This document shows positions 36,463 to 48,772 of a DNA stretch of 64,000 bases, one piece after another; position 1 is the stretch's first letter; every line of letters starts with the position of its first letter. Made by a program: the position numbers and the translations under genes. Under the pieces are notes generated by a model. The model had not been told where the DNA came from. It ran no database searches and worked only from the letters and a program-made list of their open reading frames with translations. The DNA is from Chiloscyllium plagiosum (lineage: Eukaryota). The stretch is from assembly GCF_004010195.1 (NCBI RefSeq), contig NC_057750.1:6912940-6976939 (forward strand). The letters are read 5' to 3'.

Positions 36463-36529
36463 CAGTGCAAAACTGCAGCAGGGAGCTGGTGTCATACAAC
36501 CCACCGTAACCAGGAATACGATCCGCCAT
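36463..36529 (-). CDS. EML2: EML-family (EML2-like) start-codon exon
   Basis: ATG GCG GAT CGT...TGC ACT G|gtaagt: 67 nt, MADRIPGYGGLYDTSSLLQFCT plus 1 nt. LYDTSSLL.(F/Y)C is the EML1/EML2 long-isoform N-terminus. Consensus donor; phase 1 joins the exon at 2252 in frame. Not in the ORF track. Confidence 0.9.
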
Positions 36530-36628
36530 TCCCCTTTCCTTCTGATCTCTTTTCAGAAAACAAAATACACCAACAAAAGCTTTTCTCCCTCCTTATTTCA
36601 CTTTCTCGGGCTCCTTCTGCAGCCTCCT

Positions 36629-36642
36629 GTTACCATAGCAAC
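36629..36642. promoter_or_regulatory. RFX X-box
   Basis: GTTACCATAGCAAC, a near-perfect GTTNCCATGGNAAC palindrome 100 bp upstream of the ATG, in repeat-free sequence. Confidence 0.65.
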
Positions 36643-39600
36643 CAGCTCACTCCAGCTCCTTCACATGCCTTTGAATGGGGGGAGAAAAAATTTCCTCTCT
36701 GTCTCCCGCACTGAAAAATTCATGTAAATGCTCTTGCTGCATCTTCTTTCTCAGAAGGTTTTGATCCTGCTACCATCTTTGTTTTAAAAGCTGACTGAGG
36801 ATGAATAACGAGATCTTATTGTTTTAAATCAATAGGCTTGTTACAGCACACCTAAGGATGTGATGTGATGCTCTTCCTCAAACTCCAGCTCTCTCCTTGC
36901 TCCATTCATCGCAATGAGCTCATTGGTCTGCTACCTGCATCTGAGGCTAATTTATTAACGAGTTCTCGGCTTACTTCACCTTTTTATCAGCCAATGAACT
37001 GCCGCTATCTCCTTGGCACAGCCAAAGAGCTGATAAACTAGGCGTGAAATCAAATTAAACTAGGGTAGCTTGATAAATGGTATTTGATGACAATGTTCAG
37101 CTAGTTGAATGTTTGGGCTCAAACCTTTTGCGATGCTGCCTTCATGAGTTAACCCTTTCAAGGGCAGAACATCAGAGAATCCTTCCCATCCTCAATAAGC
37201 AAGTTAAAATAAGTTGTGGGTAACACTGATTTCCTTTTACACTTGATTCCACACCGTTTTTTTTTGTGAGTGCATTCAAACATTTCAACACATAAACAGT
37301 GGGGCGAACATAGGCAGAAGTGGTCTTGAATAGTTACTAATTCAGACAGTGTAGGGCAGCTGAGTTGGCACAAACAATTGAAGAGGGGAGTTCATGGAAG
37401 GGGCTGAATGACTATCATTGTTGTTTCAGGGCCTGTCGCACCACTGACCTTTGGATTCCCTCTCGGCCACTTTCCCACAATGGTGTTGTCAGCACTCCCA
37501 TTGTCTAAAGCAGAACATTCAAATGACTATAAATACAGGGAGGAAGATGTGAGAAATGGATCAGAGTAACATCTCTCCAACCCATTATTGTTCAGCAGTA
37601 AAGGCTTCAGGGTTGCATCTTGGAAATGGATAGAGTGAGAGTACTCACTCTGAAATTAAGCAGGGGCTCCTTAAGGAAAAGACAATGAGACTTAAAAATG
37701 ACTCACCTTATGTCAAACTCCAGTTCGGGGGAGGTGGCAGCATAATGGTAATATCACTGAACAAATAATCCAAACCCCAGGTTAATGCCCTTGAGGACAA
37801 AAGTTCAAATCTCACCAATATCAATCGGAATTAAAAGCTAGCCTATAAAAGACAGTTAGTGCCCTTCAGGGAAGGGAAATCTGCCATCCTTACCTGGTCT
37901 GGTCGACATGAGTCTCCAGAACCACATTCACTCCGTTAAAGGCACTATATAAATATAAGTCATTATTTGCTATTATTGCTATTAGTTTACTGTGCGTTTT
38001 TGCCTTAGTAGTGTTCCTGATTAAGTGGGAGAAGAAATTGAAAGGAATCCTCTAATAACCAGCTGAATTTATGGTACAATTCTCCTATGCCCCCCTTATA
38101 CAGGGGAGGTGCTGATGTAGTGGTAGTATCATTGGACAGCAGGGAATAATGTTGTGGAGTTGTGGGTTCAGTTCTGGAATAAAATTGAAGTCTAATACCA
38201 ACCTTTGATCGTTGTGGAAACCCATCCGGTTCACTAATATTCTGCAGGGAAGGAAATGTGCCATCCTTACTCATTCTGCCTTATATGTGACTCCAGACCC
38301 ACAGCAACATGGTTGACTCTGAACTGCCCTCTAAGCAATTAAGGATGTTGACCCGGTCAATGACACCCACATCCAATGAACAAATAGAATTTTACCAATG
38401 TGGAGTCAGAATATAATTTCAACTGTCTAGACTTATTACCGTCCTTAGTATGTAAAATCTGCCAATTTCTACTGATTGTTTAGTTCAAAGAGTCAGCATG
38501 ACTCAAAAAGGGAGACAGTGACACGGTGAGTTTGTCACTAGATGAGTAATCTGAGATCCTAAACTAATTGGCCATGAGTTCCAAATCCAAAATGGCAGCT
38601 GTGGAATTTATATCCAGCAATTTAAAAGAAAAGACGCAATGAAGCTGGAACATAAACCAATTTCAGTCATAATGAGCATGAAACTCTCGTTCATTGCTGT
38701 AAAAACCCATCTGGTCTTACTTATGTTCTTCAGGGAAAGAGATCTGCTGTCCTTACCCAGTTGGACTTACCTGAGAGTCGAAACCCACAGCAATGTGGCT
38801 GACTCTGAAATTGCAACCACTCAGTTCAGGGACCACTGGGGACAGATAACAAATGCAGGCCTTGCCAGAAACACCCACACTCCATGAAAAACTATGTAGG
38901 ATGTAGAGTTTTACACCGCATAAGCAGACCATCATGTCTTTGCCAACTCTTTTGGAAAATCTATCTAATTGGCCCCACTCCTCTCTGCTCTTTCTCAGTA
39001 GTTCTGCAAATTTCTCCCAAGTATGTAATCTAATTCCATTCTGAAAGTTGCCATTTAATCTGTTTCCGCTGCCCATTGAAAGTAGTGCATTCCAGATTAC
39101 AACTTGCTGCATTTTTATTTTATCTCAAGTCCTTGGGTTACAGGTCTTTCCAGCAGGAGAAATTCTCTTTCTCTCTCTATTAAGGGAACACAGCATAACT
39201 TTGAACACTGATATGAAATGTCTCCTCACCTTTCACTGTGGTAAGAACAACAATCCCAACCTCTCTAGACTCTTCACATATGGCACTGAAGGAGGCCATT
39301 TGACTCTGTATCATTTGAGTTCTCCACCAACTTCAAGGCACAAGTCAGGAGTGTGATGGCATACTCCCCACTTGCCCTGGATGACTGCAGCTCAAGAAGC
39401 TTGACATCATCGAGGACAAAGCATCCCCCACTTGATTGGTACAACATTCCCCACCTTCCACATCCACTCCTTCCACCACTGATGCTCAGTGTGAGCAGCA
39501 GTGTGTACTATTTACAAGATGCACTGCAGAAATTCACTAAATATGCTAAGACACCGCCTTCCAAACCCACAGCAAATTTCATCTCGAACGATAAGGGCAG

Positions 39601-40139
39601 CAGATACTTAGGAACACCACCAAATTCCCAAGTAGATTCCCCTCTTAGCCACTTACAATCCTAATTGAAGTTCCTTCCGTGTTGCTGGGTCAAAATCCTG
39701 AAATTCCCTCCCTAAGGGCATTGGGGGTCAATGTACAACATGTGGACTTGTAGTGGTTCAAGAAGGCAGCTCACCACCACTTTCTCAAGGGTAATTAGAG
39801 ACAGGCCAGCCAGCGACGCCCTTGTCCCATGAGAGAAATTTTAAAAACTCTCCTCTGCATCCCCTCCAAAGACTTGATGTCCTTCCTGTAGTTTGGTGCC
39901 CAGAATTAGACACAATTGTCTGGATGGACAGTATTAATCTCCAAGGAGATTTTTCATCACTGCAAGTACCCAGTAGGCTAACATTCAAAGCATAATCTCA
40001 CTGGCCACTTCAAAAGTAGGTGAAAATGTCACATTAAATGAGTCTCAGGTTATAGGCTTGGGAGATGATGTGATCACTGATAGGACTTTTAGCTGTTTAT
40101 TCTCCACACATCAAGCTGGTAAGAAAATATTAAAAGAAG

Positions 40140-40948
40140 CCTTTAATTTAGATAAATGTGAGGTGCTACATTTTGGGAAAGCAAATCAAAGCAGGTCTTA
40201 TACACTTAATGGTAAGGTACTAGGGAGTGTTGCTGAATAAAGAGACCTTGGAGTGTAGGCTCATAGCTCCTTGAAAGTAGAGTCACAGGTAGATAGGATA
40301 GTGAAGAATGTATTTGGTATGCTTTCCTTTATTGGTCAGAGTATTGAGTATAGGAGTTGGGAGGTCATGTTGTGGCTGTATAGGATGTTGGTTAGGCCAC
40401 TTTTGGAATATTGCGTACAATTCTGGTCTCCTTCCTATCGGAAGGATGTTGTGAAACTTGAAAGAATTCAGAAGAGATTTACAAAGATGTTGCCAGGGTT
40501 GGAGGAGTTGAGCTATACGGAGAGGCTGAATAGGCTGGGGCTGTTTTCCCTGGAGCATCGAAGGCTGAGGGATGACCTTATAGAGGTTTATAAAATCATG
40601 AGAGACATGGATAGGATAAATTACCAAAGTCTTTTCCCTGGGGTGGGGGTGTCCAGAACTAGAGGGCATAGGTTTAGGGTGAGAGGGGAAAGATATAGAA
40701 GGGACCTAAGGGGCAACTTTTTCACACAGAGGGGGTGCGTGTATGGAATGAGCTGCCAGAGGAAGTGGTGGAGGCTGGTACAAGTGCAACATTTAAAAGG
40801 TATTTGGGTGGGTATATGAATAGGAAGAGTTTAGAGGGATATGGGCCGGGCGCTGACAAATAGGACTAGATTAAGTTAGGATATCTGTTCGACATGGACT
40901 AGTTGGACTGAAGGGTCTGTTTCCATGCTGTACATCTCTATGACTCTA
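40140..40948 (+). mobile_element. CR1 LINE 3' part
   Basis: FNLDKCEVLHFG and ORF 40271-40819 LVRPLLEYCVQFWSP...LRDDLIEVYKIM; tail CTCTATGACTCTA. Confidence 0.92.
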
Positions 40949-41693
40949 AGTCAGGAAAGGGTGACCATATTGAGCTTCTCAAGGGGAGAACATCTTGATG
41001 GAATGGGAGGGGAATTGGGCAAATACAGTTTCTGCGTTACTTGAGGCCAGATCACTTTTTGACATTGCAATGCAGTAAAAGGATAAATGAGCTCCTCCAA
41101 GAAGCAAGGAATTAGGCCATTCAGCCCTCAAGCCAATCTAACCTGATTCTTAAGTCCATTGACCTTCTTTGACCCCTATTCCATACATGACAAAAATATC
41201 ATCAATCTCAGTTTTGAAATTTTTAATTGACCCCTGGACTCAAACAGTTCCAAATTACCCTTTGTATGAACTCATACACCCCAATGTCAGACCTGAGGTA
41301 GTTCCAAGCTTTATAATTATGATTCCTTGTTCTAGACTCGCCCACTTGAGGAAACAGTTTATCTCTGTCAACCCTTTTAAAACCAAACTTGAATTAAACA
41401 GTCTCTAATGGGGCACTGTAACAAAAACACAAGCTAACAATTCGATGAAATCCTTTGATCATCTTAAATACCTCAAATTAGCTTCTAAACTTCTATGCTT
41501 AAGGGAATACAAACCTAATCAGCCAGTGCTTTCTGGCTATAGTACCTCTGTGCTGATTAGCCTAACATCAGACCGCATAATAACTGTCAACTTTTGAAGA
41601 AAGGTTGAAGAAGTAGGATTTTCAGTGAAGTTTATAAGTAGAGGTGCAACATATTACATTCTGAGGGAGCTTGACAATGTAGATTCTGAGAAC

Positions 41694-42022
41694 GGGCAGC
41701 ATGGTGGATCAGTGGTTAGCACTACTGCCTCACAGTGCCAGGGACTCAGATTCGATTCCAGCCTCTGGCAATTGTCTGTGTGGAGTTTGCACATTCTCCC
41801 TGTGTCTGCATGAGTTTCCTTTGGGTGCTCCGGTTTCCTCCCATAATCGAAAGACGTGCAGTTCAGGTGAATTGGCCATGCTAGATTGCCCATGGTGTTA
41901 GGTGCATTAGTCTGAGTTAAATGTAGGGAAATTAGTCTGGGTGGGTTAGTCTTCAGAGGGTCGGTGTTGACTTGTTGGGCCAAAGGGCCTGTTTCCACAC
42001 TGTAGGGAATCGAATCTAATCT
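41694..42022 (+). mobile_element. HE1-like SINE inserted into an older CR1 fragment
   Basis: Full head, core and tail; CR1 sequence continues on both sides. Confidence 0.85.
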
Positions 42023-44880
42023 CAGGAAGTTTTCCCTCGTGGGTAATATAGAAACTGAGAGCAGTGTTTCAGAATAAGGGGTCTCTCATTTAAGATGATA
42101 ATGAGGAATTTCTTATGTCAGAGGGATGCTAATTTGTTTTACTCAAAGAGTGGTTCGCGTGTGGAATGAACTTCCAGAGTAAGTGGTGGATGCGGGCATA
42201 GTTACAAGATTTAAAAGACATTTAGATAAGTACATGAATAAGAAATGTTTGGAGGGATATGGGCCAAGTGCAGACAGGTGGGCCTAGTTTAGTTTGGGAT
42301 TATGGTTGGCATGGACTGGTTAGACCAAATGGTTTGTTTCTGTGCTGCATGACTCTATGACTCCATTAATCTTTGGAATTCTTTACCCTAGACAGCATGA
42401 GGCTAGGTCATTAAATATATTCAAGGATGAGTTATAAAAATTCTCAATCTGCAAGAGAGCCGAGGATAGGATGGGGCAGGCCAGGTGTGAGAGTGGGGTT
42501 GAGGATGCAATCAGATCAACCATGAATTAATTGCAGCTGCAAGCAAACAGTTGAAAATAACTAACAAAACAGTACGATCACACTGGGGAAAAGGCTATGT
42601 TTGTGATGTTACCTCAGCTCCCATTAACTCCTCTTAGTCAATTCCCCTGATGATAGAGCAAATGAAAGGATGCTGTACAGGCAACTGACATTGGTTTTAC
42701 CCACCAAGCTTTCTGATTCGTACCCAATGTGATCAGACTTTGCTGAACGTATGAATTAGGAGCAGGAGTAGGCCCTTCAGCCCTTGATTCTGTTCTGCCA
42801 TTTAGTAACATGTGTGATCTGATACTACACTTCCTGCCTACCTCCCCATAAACATTCACTCTTTGCTCAGCAGCCCTTCCGCTCAAAGAAACTGGCTTTC
42901 ATAACTATAGCTCCATCAATGACAGCAACTCCACTGACATTTTTCTAGTTTAGATCTGCTTCATGTATATGAGAGGTAGCAGGCTGCTCAACCATCAGAG
43001 ATCTATCCACATTCAATAGCCACACCTAAGCACTCTCTGTCAAGGATCACGGAACCATGTTTAAAGGGTTGGAATTCTGCATGACATGCCCCTCCCCCAG
43101 CTGTCACTCATTACTGAAATATACCGGGGTCAATAGTAAGAGTCCTAACACAATCTGGACTGCTTTGATGATCGTGACTCAACAAGTAGCACACTTGCCT
43201 CTGAGTCACAAGATTTCTGGGCTCATGTCCTGCTTAAGCACAAAAGCAAGGCAGTACTGAGAGAGTGCTGTACTGCCAGAGGTGCTATTTCCAAGTGAGA
43301 TGTCAAACTATGGGTTCATCTACCTGCTGGTGTGGATGGAAAGATCCCAGGGACAAGAGCAGGGGAGTATTGGTGCCCTAGCCAATATTTATCACAGAAA
43401 TAGATGTTTTGGTAATTATCCCAATGCTGCTTGTGGGAATTTGCTGTGCATAAATTGGCTGCCACTTTCCATATAATACAATTACACTTCCAAAGTACTT
43501 AATTGAGTGTAAAATGCTTTGAGTGTCCACAAGTTATTAAGAGCGATATACAAACCCAAGTCTTTTATCCCTAGACAGCTTTGATTAAGGTCAACCATTT
43601 CAAAGCAGATTAAAAATGCAGTTAGGAACAATCTGAGGCTCACTACCATTATGTGCAAAGCCTCAATCAAAACCCACTCAGCAGCTAAAGCACTTAAAGT
43701 GGAATTCCTAATGAGAATGAAACAGGAATAAAGCAATACAGCAAATCCTACATACCTAAATATCTAGCCAGTTTATAGAGAGCTCTTGTGCACAGTAGTA
43801 ATGTCCATACCTCTAGGTGAGGAGTCCCAGGTTCAAGTGCCACCTATTCCAACAGTGTGATCCTGATCAGTTTGATTAGGAAAATGATCAGCACGTAGGT
43901 TATACATGATTTTACAGAATAGGTTGCTCATGTGTCAACTTTTCAATATAAGGCAAAATAATTAAGAATCAATCATTCCTAGCTAGAACTCCTGCTATTA
44001 TTCTTTGTAACAGAACAAACTTTGAAGTTACTGACTGTTACAACATGGCAACACAATGTCGGGATCGAAATTAGTTTCTCAAAGAGTTTTTGACAACACC
44101 TGACTTCAACTGATTTACAATCTTGTAACATGCTACAAAGCAGCTGTGTATGTAACAAATATGACAAGTGAAATGCTTGGAAAAGACTTGTTTTCCAGTG
44201 ATAACATTAAAATTATGTAACTTGTAGTGACATTAAGAAATAAATAGCAGGGTACAGGAGTAATCGGGATATTAAAATAACACAAAAGGCTCTGGTTTAC
44301 TTTAAGCCTTATTAACATATAAGTCACACAGTATAAATAACATGCAAATACATCGTCCGAGAATGACTAGTACTCGTTCCTACTTCGGATCTATCAGTCC
44401 CAAATTCTAAGTTAAAACATTTACATTCAAATGGCAGTATTTGATTTCAATGCCTACATGGTGCCTGCAAATGACTGGCAACAATGCAAGGCGTCAAAGG
44501 TACTGCCAAAATTTACAAATTATATTTATATAGCATCTTTTGATAATGGTATATTAAATACATAAAGACACACAACTGGAGGGCATTGTTTAATTAAGTA
44601 TTTAAAACACTTATGAAGTGACTGTATGCTATTGAACACTATCTCCTCCCAAGACCACATCTCAATTTAAATTCTTAAATTGTCTTTGAGATGTTGTCCT
44701 TCATTACATGCCCATTTAAATGGCTTCCACCTGTTCACTTTGCTTTAATTTAAAATAATTGCTTTAATTGATTTGTCAAGAGTGTGAAGAGAGACTGTGT
44801 TTCAGGTCTCCGTGACCAGTGGACACCACTGGGGATGGAGAACATGATTTTCATTCAAAAGCACATTTCTGTTCATTTTA

Positions 44881-46110
44881 CCATACATATCGTATAAAAG
44901 TTGACTTTTTAGACTATTTTTAAAGGTTCAATTTATAGGGTGGACTAACATAGTTTTGAGGGGCTGAAATTTATGCTACAGTTCGAAATACTGTATGATT
45001 AGCATAAGTCGATTTGATCGTACAACTAATCCCAGGTAAAGAAGAAAACTGCAATGAATTATAGTAAAGGTAATTACCAGATAAAAGCAAAAAGAACAAG
45101 AATGAATTACTGGTTGGAAATTTTATTTATACATACCGGTACGAAAATTTAACATTGTCAAAGATTCATTGAAATCCTGCAAAATCACACTGTTCAACAT
45201 CATCAAGGCTTGGTATAATGGTACACTTAAAATGAAACACTTATTAAATTCTGAACGTGTAAGCATCTTGAACTTTCCCATCAAATTCTTCCATTTCCCT
45301 CCCATTTACTCTCGTATGTTATGAATCTCAGCAACATTAACAATAAGTTAAAGAATTAAAGATACATATCGCTAATATATCTCACTTTTATTCAGATGTA
45401 ATGGCACAATTAAAATGATGAATGTTTAAACTTTTGGATTCAAAGTGAACAAAGTGCTTTAAATACTGATAGACTTAGATTAGATTCTCTACAGTGTGGA
45501 AACAGGCCCTTCAACCCAACAAGTCCACACCAACCATCCGAAGGATAACCCAACCAGACCCATTCCCCTACACTATATTTACCCCTGACTAATACACCTA
45601 ACACTACAGGCAATTTAGCAATGGCCAATTGACCTGGTCAGCACATCTTTGGATTGTAGGAGGAAACTGGAACACCCGGATGAAACCCACACAGACACTG
45701 GGAGAATGTGCAAACTCCACACAGACAGTCGCCCAAGGCAGGAAAAGAATCCGGGTTCCTGGCACTATGAGGCAGCAGTGCTAACCACTGAGCCACTTGG
45801 TACCGATCTGAATGAATGGATGAATCAAAATGTGCTGTAGTAAACTAAGTGGGCTAAGTAGAGTTATGAATGAATGAATAGAGATACAATAAAATAAACA
45901 AAGAGCGATGAGTAGAGTTACCAATGTGAATGAATGAATACGATTTCATTTAAGTGGGTTAAGAGAAACATGCAGTTTCGTTTGTAAGAGGTTTATAATG
46001 CGATATAGTAGTAGACTTTTACGTGAGATACATGGAAAATATAAGATTTTTTGGCCAAAAGTAAGGGGTTGACCTTTACATGAGATTGACTTTTACACGA
46101 GTATATACAG
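44881..46110. mobile_element. Putative non-autonomous pogo/Tc1-mariner DNA transposon
   Basis: TA|CCATACATATCGTATAAAAGTTGAC...TTGACTTTTACACGAGTATATACAG|TA: degenerate TIRs with TA flanks; AT-rich interior with a nested SINE. Confidence 0.5.
45475..45795 (-). mobile_element. HE1-like SINE
   Basis: Reverse complement of the 19135-19460 family. Confidence 0.85.
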
Positions 46111-46680
46111 TATTAAGTTTCCTTTCAGATTTTACCCTTACTAACAATGTCCCTTTAAAGGGCTGCACCGGTTTGACTAAGTTTAACGTGGCGCAATTTG
46201 GGTTAATTCAGTTTAATTGTTTTCATTGGTTTATCAAAAGAGTATAAAGGAATTGGCAGGACTGTGGATCAGCAGGAAGGATTGATGTGGAGGTACTGGT
46301 GTTGGACTTAGGTGGACAAGGTCAGAAGTCACACAACACCAGGCTTTCACCTGACAGTATTTTCACCTGACAAAGGAGCAGCACTCTGAAAGCTTTTGAC
46401 TTCAAATAAACCTGTTTGACTATTGTTGTGTGACTTCTGGCCTTAGCAAGGGGGCAGACATATGCAATGCTGGATCCTATAAATAAATTAGTGATCATGA
46501 TAAGGATTTGCATCTCATTTCATGCTTTACCATCTGTCTTGGGATCCATTTAACAAAGTCCCAAGGCACTTCACGTCATAAAACTGAGTATAATACACTG
46601 GAAGAAAGTGAGGACTGCAGATGCTGAAAAATGTGTTGCTGGAAAAGCGCAGCAGATCAGGCAGCAACCAAGGAGCAGGA

Positions 46681-46717
46681 GAATCGACGTTTCGGGCATA
46701 AGCCCTTCTTCAGGAAT
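46681..46717 (-). ncRNA. Minimal hammerhead ribozyme motif (family A), core intact
   Basis: AUUC CUGAAGA A GGGC UUAU GCCC GAAAC GUC GAUUC. Predicted cleavage between 46686 and 46685. Stem I is weak (one U-U mismatch). Confidence 0.65.
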
Positions 46718-46861
46718 GAGGAGGGTGTGCCAAGCAGGCTAAGATAAAAGGTAGGGAGGAGGGACTTGGAGGAGGGGCATTGGGAATGCGATAGGTGGAA
46801 GGAGGTTAAGGTGAGGGTGATAGGCCGGAGAGGGGGTGGGGGCGGAGAGGTCGGGAAGAAG

Positions 46862-47357
46862 NNNNNNNNNNNNNNNNNNNNNNNNNNNNNNNNNNNNNNN
46901 NNNNNNNNNNNNNNNNNNNNNNNNNNNNNNNNNNNNNNNNNNNNNNNNNNNNNNNNNNNNNNNNNNNNNNNNNNNNNNNNNNNNNNNNNNNNNNNNNNNN
47001 NNNNNNNNNNNNNNNNNNNNNNNNNNNNNNNNNNNNNNNNNNNNNNNNNNNNNNNNNNNNNNNNNNNNNNNNNNNNNNNNNNNNNNNNNNNNNNNNNNNN
47101 NNNNNNNNNNNNNNNNNNNNNNNNNNNNNNNNNNNNNNNNNNNNNNNNNNNNNNNNNNNNNNNNNNNNNNNNNNNNNNNNNNNNNNNNNNNNNNNNNNNN
47201 NNNNNNNNNNNNNNNNNNNNNNNNNNNNNNNNNNNNNNNNNNNNNNNNNNNNNNNNNNNNNNNNNNNNNNNNNNNNNNNNNNNNNNNNNNNNNNNNNNNN
47301 NNNNNNNNNNNNNNNNNNNNNNNNNNNNNNNNNNNNNNNNNNNNNNNNNNNNNNNNN
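46862..47357. other. Assembly gap
   Basis: Run of about 496 N. Confidence 0.99.
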
Positions 47358-47542
47358 GTCCCAACCCTCGGACTCAGCACTGCCTTCTTGACCTGCAATC
47401 TTCTTCCCAACCTCTCCGCCCCCACCCCTCTCCGGCCTATCACCCTCACCTTAACCTCCTTCCACCTATCACATTCCCAACGCCCCTCCCCCAAGTCTCT
47501 CCTCCCTACCTTTTATCTTAGACTGCTTGGCACACCCTCCTC

Positions 47543-47579
47543 ATTCCTGAAGAAGGACTTATGTCCGAAACGTCGATTC
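47543..47579 (+). ncRNA. Minimal hammerhead ribozyme motif (family A), core intact
   Basis: AUUC CUGAAGA A GGAC UUAU GUCC GAAAC GUC GAUUC. Predicted cleavage after 47574. Confidence 0.65.
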
Positions 47580-48772
47580 TCCTGCTCCTATGATACACTG
47601 GAGTCAAGCTGTTAACTCTGTTTTCTCTGCACATATGTTGCCAGACTTGCTGAGTTTCTCCAACAATTGCTTTGTTTCGGATCTCCAGCAACTGCAGTTC
47701 TTTGTTTTATTATCATGACTGTCCTATCTGTGTTTTGAATTCCATATTCCTATCTATCCCAAATAACCTTTGATAACTCAACCTAAGTAGAATCTACCCC
47801 ACTTTAAAAATATTCAATGATCCTCCGTACAGCACATTCCAAGGCCGATAGGTTCCAAAGTCACATAACCCTCTGAGAGGAAATGTTCCCCCTTATTTCT
47901 ATCCTAAAAGGGTAATCCTTCATTTGAAAACTCTACCCTAGTTCCAAACTCAACCATAAGAGGTAACATCCTTTTCACATCCTACTTCCCAAGACATTCA
48001 AAATCTTATGAACTTCAATCAAATCAGCTCTTGCTCTTTTGAACTCTAGTGAAAACCTTTTCCTCTTAAGATAATCCAGTCACTCGCTGTATCAATTCAG
48101 TAAAGTTCCTCTGAAACTGCTTCCAACGCATTTATATCCTTCCTGAAATAAGGAGACCAAAACTGTACAATGCTTGAAGCATAATATCCTTATATATATA
48201 TTTCTCGTATAAAAGGATAGCATCACATTAGCCTGCTTGATTACTTGCTGTTCCTGCATACTAACCTTTTGTGACTAATGCACCATGCTACCTGGATCCC
48301 TCTACACCTTGGAATTCATTGCCTCTCTGTTTAGGTGGCACGCGGCTATTTTATTCTTCCTGTCAAAGTGAAAATATTCACACTTGCCCATGTTATACTC
48401 CACCTGCCAGATTTTTGTCCACTCACTCAGATTTTTGTCCCATCCAAATCTGTCTGCACCCTTGTTATGTCATCTTCACAACGTACCTTTCTACCTATCT
48501 TGGGGTCATCTGCAAATGGGACTAGTAATCCAGGTCCCAGTGTGATGTTCGAGGGACATGGGTTTGAATGGTGAAAGATGGAAAAATTCAAATTCAATAA
48601 AAATCTGGAATTAAAAACTAAATAGCAACCACTGCTGACTGTCGCACATATCCACCTGGTCCACCAATACCCTTCAAGGAAGGAAATTCTTGCCTGTTCT
48701 GGCCTACATGAGACCCACATTAAGGTGTCTGACTTTTAACTGCCTTCTGAAATGGCCCAAGCAAGCCACTCA

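Larger units (their letters stand above)
46602..47588. mobile_element. Family-A Penelope-like element: inverted termini flanking a gap
   Basis: 46675-46861 is the reverse complement of about 47400-47588; homologous to the 3' part of the GIY-YIG-bearing copy at 56651-57325. Confidence 0.8.

Noticed and set aside
40271..40819. 182-aa ORF as a host or domesticated gene
   Set aside because: Ordinary CR1 RT C-terminus with upstream stops and a frameshift; many similar copies occur in the window.
46657..47615. Long ORFs across gap 2
   Set aside because: Artefacts of translating N runs flanked by PLE termini.
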